From: Schizochytrium sp. TIO01
Taxonomy: Eukaryota > Protista > Bigyra: Labyrinthulomycetes
Length of the DNA stretch: 64,000 nucleotides
Assembly (NCBI GenBank): GCA_004764695.1
Contig: SMSO01000037.1
Coordinates: 1,216,747-1,280,746 of the forward strand
Reading direction: 5' to 3'
Part shown: positions 10,617-21,405 of the stretch, piece by piece
Layout of the letters: each line of letters begins with the position of its first letter
How positions within the stretch are numbered: position 1 is the first letter of the stretch
Program-made: the position numbers and the translations under genes
Notes under the pieces: generated by a model
What the model was told of the DNA's origin: nothing
Seen by the model: the letters and a program-made list of their open reading frames with translations, nothing else
The model's database searches: none

Positions 10617-11690
10617 TTAGAGAGACTGCTTAGCCATCTCGAGAGCGCCCTCGTAGGTACGGTTGCCACCAATAAATCCGGACGCATGAACAAAGATGCA
10701 TCCCGGGATGCCCCAGAGGTTGCTGAGCTCGTCGTCGCGAACTCCACGGTACTTCTCCGGAAGTGACTGACGGTTTGTGAAGGAGCTCTCCTCAACCGGG
10801 ACGCACTGAACACGCCAAGCGCCGCTAGAGTCCGGGTAGAGCACGTACTTAAGGTCTCCGTCCTTAAGACCATCAACGCCCTCGGTCTCAAGAGCAAAGA
10901 GGTGGCTACGCCAGGGGCAGGATCCGTCGAGCTTGATGATGGCTCCGCTGGCATCAACCTCCTTACGCTCCTTGATAGCCTTGACGACAATTTCGCGAGC
11001 CGGGAGCCAGATGGTAAGAAGACCAACGACATGGTCCACAAACTCCGTGAGGGTCATTCGCACAGCCTTCTTGAACTGCTCCATCTCGCGAGCGGTCTCG
11101 TCCTCAACAGCGGGTGCGTTCCAAGCCGGGTTCAGGGAACCAACGCGAGAGCTGAGGTGCGTGCTCACGTTGTAGTTCTTCTCACCAGAGTAGGGGTCGA
11201 TTCCGTTGTCGATACCGTCAATGTGCTCAACAAAGTTCTTGTACACGCGCTTGTAAAGCACCTCGAGCACGTCCTCGTCGACCTGGGTCTGGGACTCCTT
11301 GGCGATCCACTGAATAATCTCCTTGCCAAAGTACTTGTACACGAGACCTGCACTGGAGAGCTTGGTCTTGAAGTCCTCGCTAAAAAAGACATCTTGGAAC
11401 TCACGCTGGTGGTGGTCGAATCTCAAAGCCTCGGGGTCGAACTTGCCACCAACGTCCACGACGATCTCGCACTGCTCGAGCGCGGCGCCGTCGCGGGTGC
11501 GCACGATGGGACGGCCCTGGAAGCGGTCCACAAGCTGGAGCATACCGCAGGCAAAAGCCTCATCACAGTGGAAGTGGCCGTTGTGCGTGCCCACGCACTT
11601 GGACAGGCCATCGGTGATCTTGGTGGGAGCGCAGATCTCAACAGCGTCCACCAATTTCTCGGCGGCAGCGCGAGCGGCGAAGGAGCTCAT
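10617..11690 (-). CDS. MYG1: MYG1 / UPF0160 family exonuclease (DHH-like)
   Basis: Family motifs GTHNGHFHCDE, VRTRD, VVDVGGKFD, FDHHQR, KLSSAGLVYKYFG, DGIDNGI and GCIFVHASGFIGG. ATG 11690 is chosen as the start; the frame stays open upstream to ATG 11882. Confidence 0.95.
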   Translation of the reverse strand: MSSFAARAAAEKLVDAVEICAPTKITDGLSKCVGTHNGHFHCDEAFACGMLQLVDRFQGRPIVRTRDGAALEQCEIVVDVGGKFDPEALRFDHHQREFQDVFFSEDFKTKLSSAGLVYKYFGKEIIQWIAKESQTQVDEDVLEVLYKRVYKNFVEHIDGIDNGIDPYSGEKNYNVSTHLSSRVGSLNPAWNAPAVEDETAREMEQFKKAVRMTLTEFVDHVVGLLTIWLPAREIVVKAIKERKEVDASGAIIKLDGSCPWRSHLFALETEGVDGLKDGDLKYVLYPDSSGAWRVQCVPVEESSFTNRQSLPEKYRGVRDDELSNLWGIPGCIFVHASGFIGGNRTYEGALEMAKQSL

Positions 11691-12374
11691 TGCGGCAGAT
11701 CGGAGAAACGACGGAAGCAGCGGCAGCAGCGGGGATCGAGCCGCGGGAAGGCGGGAGAGACCGGTGCGGAACGTCTTGCCGAGGCGAAAGCGAAGCAGGA
11801 TGTGCGAGTTAGCACTGAGTAGTTGCGAGTTTGGTGCCAACCACCAGAGCACCAAACTCTGCGTATTATTACATGTTTCCATGGAATGAGAATATGCGTA
11901 TTAATACACAAAGATCACACGAGAAAGAGATTGAACATTTCAATAAAAAATCGTTTTTGACAGTCGAGCATTGCTAATGTTGTATGTAATTGGACCTGGA
12001 TGTTGGCTCAAAAAGCTCGCTTCTATTTCATGGAAAGATACTCAAGTTGCTGCTCAAGTTCTAAACTTCAGACTGCCCACTGCGCAGCTTCAGATAGTTT
12101 CACGTCAACTGAGTTTATTTGCTGTGGTGATCTTAGTTCCTTTATTTGGTTTCCTTTCATTTGTAACCTTTAAAAAGACTGCAATATTTACAACAATAAC
12201 GATAATAAGATAGGATTTATAATTATTATTATTTAGTCTATTTCATTCATTTCATTCATTTAAAATTAAAAATGGTCATTGAAAGTTGAATAAAATTTCA
12301 TTGACAACGAAGCAATTCTGCAATGACGTGGCCGTGGTTGCGGAGCCAGAGCAGCGGAGGTTGATTCGCTCGGT

Positions 12375-15300
12375 ATGGCTGCGCTGCCCGGTAGCGGAAT
12401 TAAGGGCAAGGGCCGTGCGCCTGGTGGTTCACAGCCGTGGTGGGCGAACCAGGGCCATAACCGCGCCATGGCTGAGCGCGCAGCGGCTGTTGCCAAGCGC
12501 CGCAAGAAATGGTCTATCGCGGGCCTTGCTACAGGTGCCATGCTCGTGTGGATGGTTATGTACATCGTTGGTGCATCCTTGTAAGTTAGATCGCATATCC
12601 TACCGATGGTCTCAGCGAAAATTGAGGTTATGCAGAATGCGTATCGATTATTAAAATAGCGTCGACCTCGGTACTGAAGAGAAAAGTCGATATGGCGGTT
12701 GGATAGCTTCCATGGTTCACGGCCAAGATCTGGCTTCAAAATTGCGTTTAGCAAGTAGGTTGCATCCGTGATGATCTCCTACACATTCGAACCTGTGGTT
12801 ATTCGCCTCTTGACTTTCTTTTCGAAGAAGAGATTGTAGGAGGTGCGAGGCATGGATACATATGTTTTTAATAAAATAGCTGACGAAATACCTTGTGTTG
12901 AATGCGATCTCTTGATGTGCTGAAACGAATATAATCGTATCTGTGGATGGAAACACTACTTCGCGTGAATTCACGCGGGAAACAATTATTTGCATAGCTT
13001 CATGCTCGGAAGTGGTGATGATGCTAGCTCTGTGCAGGCCCTGGGGACGCACCGGCACCTTGCTGGTAACTGTCAATTCTATGGACCTGCAGATGGTTTC
13101 CTGCAAGGCTGCGTGCAGGATTGCAAAGGATTTGCAAGATTAGCACCTGCTCTCCACGCATGTGCTGCCGACATTTCATGTGGCGGAGTGACCTATGTGC
13201 CTTGGGAGAACGAGAACGCACGCTTTGAATTGCGTGGTATTGTAGAAGGACAAGGCCCCCAAGCCACTCCGGATGGGCAAATCTCATTTGTGGTTGAGAT
13301 GTGTCAAGATTCACGGAAAGGATGGAATCCTGACAGCATGTGGCCAAAGAGTTCGCATACTCCACCATCGCTTTCTAATCAAGCAAAACAACGCAGAAAA
13401 CAGGGTTCTCTACGCCACCAGGCTCACCAAGCAGCACGCGAGGAGCGTCATTCCCAGGAAGAGGCTACGCGCGCAGCCGCGGCTGCTGAAGCTTCAGGCA
13501 GTGCTAATGGTGATCATTCAACCTCAGCTCTGGCGGCGCTAGAAGCTCGCTTGGAGGAAGAGTCTGGCCACCACGCCAGCAAGGGCGCTGCAAGCGCTTC
13601 CAGTGCGGCCAGTGCTAGTAATGCAGACGAGAATACAGTATCTGGTGCTAAATCTTCAATGGGCGAAGCACTTGCTCCTTCTGAAAGTAAAGAAACTACT
13701 TTTGACAATTCCGGCTTTCTTTCTTTACACGGAGACCACAAGGTCCCAACAGTGACTACAGAGCCTAAGATTGAAAAGCATATCAAGACTGTGGATGAAA
13801 TGGAGGATGACGATGATGACGACAACGACGATAATGATGGAAACTCCAATAGTGGAGGTGTAAGTGGTCCGTCAAATGAGGTTCAAAGTGTCGAGGGTGC
13901 CTTTGAGAATGCTGATGATGACGATGAAGAGGCAGATTTGGCTGAGGCAGAAGCGTTTGATGCTGCCTTGGAGCTGGATAAGAGAATCGCTGAAGAAGAG
14001 AAAGAGAAATCCTCCTCGCAAACTTCAGGGGATATAGATCCTTTTTCTGAACCAATGGGTGATAGTGTGGGACCAGAAGTTATTGCGGAACGTGATGATG
14101 ACCCCGATTTCGAGGTAAAGCTTTGGACACCCCCTGGACTCGATCTCGAAGATGAGGAAGCGGTGGATGCTGTTGGCAGCTTCGAAAATGGGCAACCTAC
14201 AATCTTTATCGGAATTGCATCGTACCGTGATTTTATGTGCTCTGATACTTTAGAAAGAGCTTTGAGCTTTGCCAAATACCCCGAGAGACTTCGCTTTGGT
14301 GTTGTCGAGCAGAATGCGCCTATTGACAAGCACTGCTTTCATGTGGAGCGTCCTTGCTCAGAAGACCCTCAGCAGCTTTTATGTAAGTACCGAGCTAACA
14401 TACGCATCCACAAAGTGAGCGCGTTGCAGGCACGCGGACCCACATACGGAAGATATCGTGCCGACAGCTTGTATCGGGGCGAATACTATGCTCTACAAAT
14501 TGACGCGCACATGTACTTTGTAAAAGACTGGGACGAAGATTTGGTCTCTCAATTTCAAAGCACCAAAAACGATTATGCAGTACTTTCCACTTATCCTAGT
14601 GATGCCAACGACAAGACCATCACACAAGAGACAGGTACATCATTAGTCTCATCTACACCAATTATTTGCAGTTCTAGTTTTGTTGGTACACGTCAAATGA
14701 CCAAGCATAACTCTGCACATGAGTTTTATCCTCCAAAAGATATTGTCACTCCCATCCTTCAAATTTGGTGGGCTGCGGGTATTTCTTTTTCTCGAGGTCA
14801 TCGAATTCTTCGTGTGCCGTATGACTGCTGTTTGCCAATGATTTTTGATGGCGAGGAGACGTCAATGGCATACCGTGCATGGACACATGGTTACGATTTC
14901 TATACTTTCCACCATAGCGCCGTGTTTCATCCTTACAGTCGCGTAAACAAGCCTCCTTTATATTGGGAGAACGAAAAGACCGACCGGAGCGCCCGTGAAG
15001 AGGACTTGGCAAAGTCTCAGCGGCGGCTCCGTAAAATTTATGGCCTGGACCCTCAGGGTGACTACTTTGAACAGGACATAGAACGTTTTGGCCTTGGTAA
15101 AAAGCGGCCACTACTTAGATTCTGGAAGCTCTTCGGTATTGACTATCGCAAGAACAAGATTAGGGATCAATGTTTCGCTTCAACAACATGCGCCCTGCAT
15201 CGCTATCTTGTTCCGCATCTGAGGGCTGACGGCAAGGGAATTGACTATACCCAGGTAAGGGATGAGGTTAATTGGGCCAAGGTAGCCAAAAAGGGTCAAA

Positions 15301-15449
15301 AGTCACAATGGGATCATGGTAAACGTTCTTCCAAGTCTAAGCTTCGTGGTGGAGATAGCTCCTCCGCAAAATCAACCCCGTCTCAGGATGGGTCCCTCGA
15401 TGACGATCTCGGAGACGAATTGAATGATGCTGTAGCTGCCATGTCCTGA
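12375..15449 (+). CDS. GT60-family (Gnt1/OGNT-like) alpha-N-acetylglucosaminyltransferase, type II membrane form; exons 12375-12580 and 12998-15449
   Basis: Catalytic motifs IFIGIASYRD, GPTYGR, LQIDAHMYF, LSTYP, WAAGISF, VPYD and FDGEE. A GTAAGT donor at 12581 and a TAG acceptor ending at 12997 join in frame (TT|C). This adds a basic N-terminus and a hydrophobic anchor (KRRKKWSIAGLATGAMLVWMVMYIVGASFFML). Confidence 0.85.
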
Positions 15450-15701
15450 TGATGTGATTTTGAATGAGACAATGACGCAGAACCTTGGTTTTGCAGTCTC
15501 TGATATCTAGGTTTAATTGTAAATTGATATCCATTTCAAAATGTTCCTTCTTTTGTCAAGAATTACTTTCTTTTCCTAAAGCAGATTTAGATGCAAGCTA
15601 CCACGTTATTTGTTGATGTCAGAAAAAAAAAGAAAAAAAAAAGGCATGCCATCAGAAGGTAAAATTCAAGTATTTTTTAAAGCAACAACACAAAATAACG
15701 G

Positions 15702-16649
15702 TTAATAATATGGCACACCAAAGACCTCTACATCAAAGTCCTTCTTCTCCTGTGCTCTACCTCTGGACATTGTTCCACTGGCATCCTCTGCTAGGGTCAT
15801 CCGGTCATACATGGGATGAAATGGAGGCTGCATGACAGCCAACTGCTGCTCTGACATATCTTTGAGATACTCCTCTGGCCATTGACTTGTGCAGTAGCCC
15901 CTTGCAAACGCATGGGTAGGGGGGGCAAACCTGAAGAGAGCAATCCGGCGCTGACGTTCTTCTGGCGTCCATGGCAGACATCCATGTACAGTCGCTTCGC
16001 TAAAGAGTACAACGTCTCCAGCTTGCGTCACAGGTTGCTCCACACAGCTCTCTAGGAAATCAGCATCGTCTCCTTGAAGCATGGAGTTGCTGATAGGGAA
16101 GTTCATTTTGTGTGACCCGCGCACCACACAGAACCCGCCATCACCTGCGTTGTGGTCACTGAGCTGGAATGACACCCCAAGAAGCGTGTTGTAGATTTGT
16201 CCTTGCATGCAGCGATACTGCAGCTGAGGCACAAAACGGCCATTTGCATCAAGTGGGCCTCCGTGAAGGCTGAATCCCTCGCTGCCTTTGTTCTGCCCGA
16301 TCACAAGCGGCGAATGGTCCAGACGATATCCCTCGCCCACAAGCTCGTGTAGATACGGCACCAGACCAGGATGAGCGAGCATTTTCCGGAAAATGTCCCT
16401 GTGAGGGGCTTCCCAACCAAGCATTCCAGCCATGTCCAGCCTGCCATTTCTCATATCACCAGCAAATTTAGTGTCATCTTTACTATTCCGTACAGGACGT
16501 TGGCGCTCGTGCCACGAGTGGGCGTCGATAGCTGCGTTTGCCGCTGCGACTTCCTCTGATGACAAAACACCTCGCAGCACCACAAACCCTTGAAGGTCAA
16601 AAAGAAACTTCGCTCTCTCGAGCGCTTGTTGCAAGTTCTTGCCGCTCAT
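15702..16649 (-). CDS. Phytanoyl-CoA dioxygenase (PhyH)-like Fe(II)/2OG dioxygenase
   Basis: Motifs FLFDLQGFVVLRGVLS, YRLDH, LHGG, GDGGFCVVRGSHK, AGDVVLFSEATVHGCLPW and RRIALFRF. First ATG is at 16649. Confidence 0.85.
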   Translation of the reverse strand: MSGKNLQQALERAKFLFDLQGFVVLRGVLSSEEVAAANAAIDAHSWHERQRPVRNSKDDTKFAGDMRNGRLDMAGMLGWEAPHRDIFRKMLAHPGLVPYLHELVGEGYRLDHSPLVIGQNKGSEGFSLHGGPLDANGRFVPQLQYRCMQGQIYNTLLGVSFQLSDHNAGDGGFCVVRGSHKMNFPISNSMLQGDDADFLESCVEQPVTQAGDVVLFSEATVHGCLPWTPEERQRRIALFRFAPPTHAFARGYCTSQWPEEYLKDMSEQQLAVMQPPFHPMYDRMTLAEDASGTMSRGRAQEKKDFDVEVFGVPYY

Positions 16650-17580
16650 TGTCAACAGAATCTTATCTCTCTTGTTTGGGATTTGCTGTAATATGCTGGT
16701 CTTCTTCTCCCTTCGCGGCTACCTTGCGAGGGGTTCACCATTTTGACGCCACAGCGCTGTTCTCCGAACCTGCTTCCGCCACAACTTCAGACTCTTCTTC
16801 TACGCCAAACTCAGTACAATACTCATCTCCTTCTTGGGGCTGGGGCCTGCCCTGAACTCAGGCTCCCAAATATCCTCGCCATCTTTGCAAAACGTGAAGA
16901 ATTAAATCCTCTCGGAGTGCAAATGTCTCAGCATTTATCATGTTGTGGACTCTCTTACTGCATAGCTATATTAGTAGTCATCGTCGATCAATTCTATTTA
17001 ACAAAACAAAATAACATGAAAAGTTGAAATTTAGGATAAAATCGAAGACACCCTTTCCTAGGAAATCACTCAGCAGAATGTTGTGAAGTCTACCCCAGCA
17101 TTAGAAAATCAAAAGTATGAACTTGGCAGGACTTCAAGCACCAATGGTAGACATCCTCCCACGACTTATCTATCCCCCCGGAACTCTAACAATAAATTTC
17201 AACTGCGCGTGGATCAGCTTTTAAAAGAGGACTGCCATATTGCATTCCTATGGTAAACTATAGTAGTCAGAGTGAGCAAGGAAAAATAATACTTTCAATA
17301 GTAATTGAAATGACTCATAACGGCTAGTTTGAATGACTTGGGAGCTGTGATTGAAGTTAGTTGGAGATAGCTTGGGAGCAAGGTTCATTCAGGATGGTTT
17401 CTGCGAAGTCTGGGCTGGAAAATCCATTGCCAAACTAGGTTTAGACCTCAGTGTCGCCAAAGAAAAGCAGGCAAGCGCAACGGGACGTACCTGCTGGGGC
17501 TTGGCCTCGATTTGATCACTTACTTCTCAAAGAAGAAAAACAGTGCTAGGTATTAGGAATTGCATGCGCTTGGAAACGCC

Positions 17581-18655
17581 ATGGACTCTGGCTTAGATGA
17601 TTTACTTTCAGACGAAGGCTTTTCGTGTGGCGACGATAGGTTAAAGAATAACTCCAGGGCAGACACCTGGGCGTCAAAGCGACACGGCCAGGACAAACAC
17701 CAACCGAAACAAGACCGGTGGAAGGCTTGTGAGGTTGCTCGTGAAGAGTCCAGCAGCTATCGCCAGGTGTTTCGAAGTAGTGTCGAAAGCAAGGCATCTA
17801 GCTCACGAGACCGCAATGATGCTGATGACGTAGACTCACTTCTTCGTGATTTGCAACTCGACGATGATGATCATGATGCTCAAGCGGTTTCACGTGGAAC
17901 GGGGCGGTTTATGAAAAACAGCTCTCAGCGCCACAGGGAACTTTCTCCTGCAGATGATGATAATGATTGTGATGACGTATTCTCAAGCACCTCTGTGTAA
18001 GTTTAGCTAGGTTGTTAAATGATCTGTAAGACTTCGAATGTATTGTCTAACTATGGCTGGTGTCTATTTTTGGATTTTTATTCTTTAACGTGGTTGATTG
18101 GTCTCAACAGTTTCACTGTTCTAGGAGGTGAAGATGCGCGTACTGGAAAGCAGGGCTCTTTGGCTCGGAAGATTGCAACCTCAGATCTTCACTGTGTTCA
18201 ATGCGATATGGCAGTGAATCGTTGGACTGGTAAAGCTTGGGCCAGCGATGCTGACTATATGTTCTTTCGTAATACAGCGCCTGATAGAGTACGTTAATAT
18301 TGTCAAAACAATTATACTCTCTCGTTGTAGGGAGATAAAGATGTACAGTACTAACTGAGAAAGAGTTGAGCTTGTGCAGTATAAAATGGCCTCTATGCTT
18401 GTGCCTCGGAAAGGTAGTTCTGCGTATGCATGTCAGTGCTCCTGGATTGCTGTTAATGATTTTGTCCAAATTCGTATCGGTAAGTTTCCTTATCCTCAAA
18501 GGATTTTTGTCCATGTATTCTAATTTACTTTCTGAACGCACTTGCTTACTTACGATTCTCCTCCCTGCACCACTATTTGGTGATTTATTTTGTATAATAC
18601 TAAATGTAAAGGCCAGCGTGTAAAGGGCAAAACCCTTAAATGGACACCTGCTTGA
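17581..18655 (+). CDS. CFAP418: CFAP418 / C8orf37-like ciliary protein; exons 17581-17996, 18111-18288, 18380-18479, 18612-18655
   Basis: The spliced product has an N-terminal DDLL and the family C-terminus LHCVQCDMAV...W...DYMFFRN..PD..KMASML....GSSAYACQCSW...LKW. Donors are GTAAGT, GTACGT and GTAAGT with AG acceptors, intron 2 has a TACTAAC branch point, and all phases are consistent. Confidence 0.85.
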
Positions 18656-19173
18656 TCTTTACTAGGCTTGCGGGTCCTTCACTAAGGTCTGAGCAACTTT
18701 GCAGTGGTTTAGACACGAGTTTTTTGCTGGTGAAATCAACCCGACGAGAGTATGCCCATGCTTACAAACCCAATAAATCGCATTGATAAACCTACACATT
18801 TGCAATCTTCTATTAGGCATACAAGGCAACCCCGTTTCAGTCATTCTTAAATTGTAAGAAGTATTTTATCTATACTCTCTTTTTGCTTCTTGGAGAGAGG
18901 ATGTCAAAGATGCTATCGTCAGCCTTTGTTCTAAAATTATTATTTTCTCACATGGCCAGTAGACAAAGTAGCGAGTTAAATGAATGAAGAATAATTATCT
19001 TTTAATTATCTAGATGCTTGCACAACAGAATGCGCATGGTATTAGAACTTAATAAGCACTATGCGAAACAAGGTGTCTTATTTCGCTACCTGTTCTGGTC
19101 TATAATTGTAACTTTCGAGCCAGCAATATCTTCGTGAATGGCTGATTCGGTCTGAAACCGCCTTGTTTTCTAT

Positions 19174-19629
19174 TTACAGATGAGGGTAACAGATGTTGTA
19201 GGCGAAGGTGAGCATTCCACCAACAGCCGTGAACCACGCGAGCGAGCGGAAGGGCTGGAGGCCCCAGATGTAGCAAGGGGTGTAGAGTGTGCGACCAGCC
19301 ACAAAGGCGGTGACTGCGGTGGCATGAATCTTCGGGTCGTAGCCGACCAAAAGCGAGAGGGCCATGAGTGCAAGTCCGAGAGGGAGTGTCTCGAAATCGT
19401 TGCGCAGGGCGTTGCTCCAGCGCGTCCAAGACTCAGTGGTTTCATTTGAAAGCGTCTGCTCCTTCTTTGAGATAGCGCTGCTAATATTGCGATCCTCCGC
19501 AGGGTGACCACCACGTTCAAGGTTCGAAAGGAGCGAACCGAAGGTCACGCCAACGTAGCGCAGCGTCAACACGCCAAGGCCAAGGGCCGTGCTCCGGAGA
19601 GCAGCCGCATCCACGATCACTTGAAGCAT
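19174..19629 (-). CDS. MAPEG family membrane protein (microsomal glutathione S-transferase-like)
   Basis: 151 aa with about 4 hydrophobic helices. RWSNALRNDFETLP resembles the MAPEG R..raH.NdlE..P motif; FVAGRTLYT and QPFRS also fit. Confidence 0.8.
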   Translation of the reverse strand: MLQVIVDAAALRSTALGLGVLTLRYVGVTFGSLLSNLERGGHPAEDRNISSAISKKEQTLSNETTESWTRWSNALRNDFETLPLGLALMALSLLVGYDPKIHATAVTAFVAGRTLYTPCYIWGLQPFRSLAWFTAVGGMLTFAYNICYPHL

Positions 19630-21405
19630 TTTATTCTCTGTACCTCTACTTTATACTATTGCAACCTTCTTCTCCTTGTCGGGCTCAAAGAGTACTATGT
19701 CTTTTCGCCAGATATCGAGTTATGGATTTGCCTTGCCTTGCAATCAAGACCTTCTCTAGCGCCTCAGAGCTATCGGACAACCAGGACTCGCTCCCGACAC
19801 ATTAGCCTGTAGTAGTGAAAACCCGAGACCATATTCCTGGTACGCGCACAGCTAGGAACCCTCCTGCGCCTCAGCGGCGGAGAGTCCCAGACCTTTGGAT
19901 CTCTTCGAGTTCGCGGGGTCCCAAACGCCTATTCCTCCTGGTTTCTCCGAGTTCGCATCTCAGGTCCAACAGGGATTCGCCGCTGTCCAAGCAAGCTCCG
20001 TATTCTTCAAGTCTGCGAGCAGCACCGAAACGTTCGATGATCGATCATCCCCGCGACCTCGAGAAGCAGCTCCAGCTGCCTCGCTTACAGGCAGCCGGCT
20101 GGCTTGCTGTCCTTGGCGGTCGCCGCCGCCAGCTTGATGCTCGTGATGCCCTCACGCTCTTGAGCCTCGGATGGCGCTCGCTCTAAAATGGTATGTACGA
20201 AGGAAGATCTCAGAGGATCTCGAGGATCTCGAGGTCGACCTTGACCTCGAACTTGCCGACTGATAAAACAATAAATAATTCACTCTTCTATAGAAGGCAC
20301 GAAATGGAGCTCCAATGAAGTGGCTGCCTGTATCGTGCAGTGCTTGTTTGCTTGCGTGCTGGAGCAGAGCAGAGCTGCAGCTTTGCACACGGGGTTCGAA
20401 GAGGGCGCTCTCAGGCGAGTTTTCTTTGGCGAACTTCGACAGTTCCTGCGGATTCTGCAATTCTCATTGTGCCTCAAAACCACTTTTATACGGCATTTGC
20501 AATGAGATTAAATTAAAAACAAATTTTAAAAAAATAAAAATAAAAATAAAAGAATTACTCGAATTACATTTCTTTTAGCCAATTAGTTGGAAAGTAGTAT
20601 ATGATAGAACTTGAAAGTGAAAGCTCAACTTAGTTTTCTTTCCTTTCTAACAAAGATTAAATAAATGATTCCTTTTGGTAGTACCCTAAGTACCAGAAAT
20701 TTTACACAGCTTGAGAAACAGATTTTATTTACTAGATCCGCTTTCTTTTCATTGCTGATTTGGTATCTATCTCTGTCAAGGTTTGGGCTCAATTCGGTTG
20801 GGGTGCTCACTCTGAGGCGAACGCTTCGTGTGTAAGCTGCAAGGATTGTCATGCCAATCATGGCTTTGCTCCCGAGTTTTCCCAGCTTCTTATGGGCAAG
20901 AACGTGTAAGAAGATTTGTTTTGACTTCTTTAAAGTAGTTTCAATATTGAAACACATTATTATTATTTTACTTTTTACTTTTTTACTTTTTTCGCTCCAT
21001 CTTCAACTTTCGAAGGCTGAAGCTTTGGACACCTCGAGGCTCTGGCAGAGCTCGCCCAAGCAGAACTTGACGGCACGGCCTCAAAACCCCAACTCCAAGC
21101 AGCCATGTCCACGCTGCCATGCCGGCGCGTGAAGCCCTTCGAAGAGGGTTTTCGATGAACCCGCCTAGAAGCTAGCTAGCTAGCTAGGTGCTTATAACTT
21201 CGAAGATGGTAGAGAGAAGAGATTGACAGGAGCATTCTGCAGATCAGCTCGGCGGAACGCGACGCCAAAGAAGACCTGCACAAGATCGAAAGACCTTTGG
21301 AAGGTCTCTTGACGCGTGCAGAAACGCTGTAACTATTCAAAGCTGCTACAGAAGAAGTGCAATTTAGCGGTTCTACTGTGATTTGGGCCGCGTTCCTTCT
21401 CTCCC

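Noticed and set aside
10902-11889. Long plus-strand ORFs (306 aa and 188 aa) antisense to MYG1
   Set aside because: Explained by the GC3-rich codon bias of MYG1, which removes stops on the opposite strand; no recognisable motifs.
12375-16649. GT60 next to a 2OG dioxygenase as a Skp1 hydroxylation/glycosylation (PhyA-Gnt1) oxygen-sensing cluster
   Set aside because: The dioxygenase is PhyH-type rather than PHD/PhyA prolyl-4-hydroxylase-type, and the GT60 gains a signal anchor by splicing, so the two are probably in different compartments.
19815-21132. Several 60-120 aa ORFs between MAPEG and DUF1697
   Set aside because: No motifs, mostly non-ATG starts and overlapping on both strands; this is probably promoter or UTR DNA of the divergent pair.
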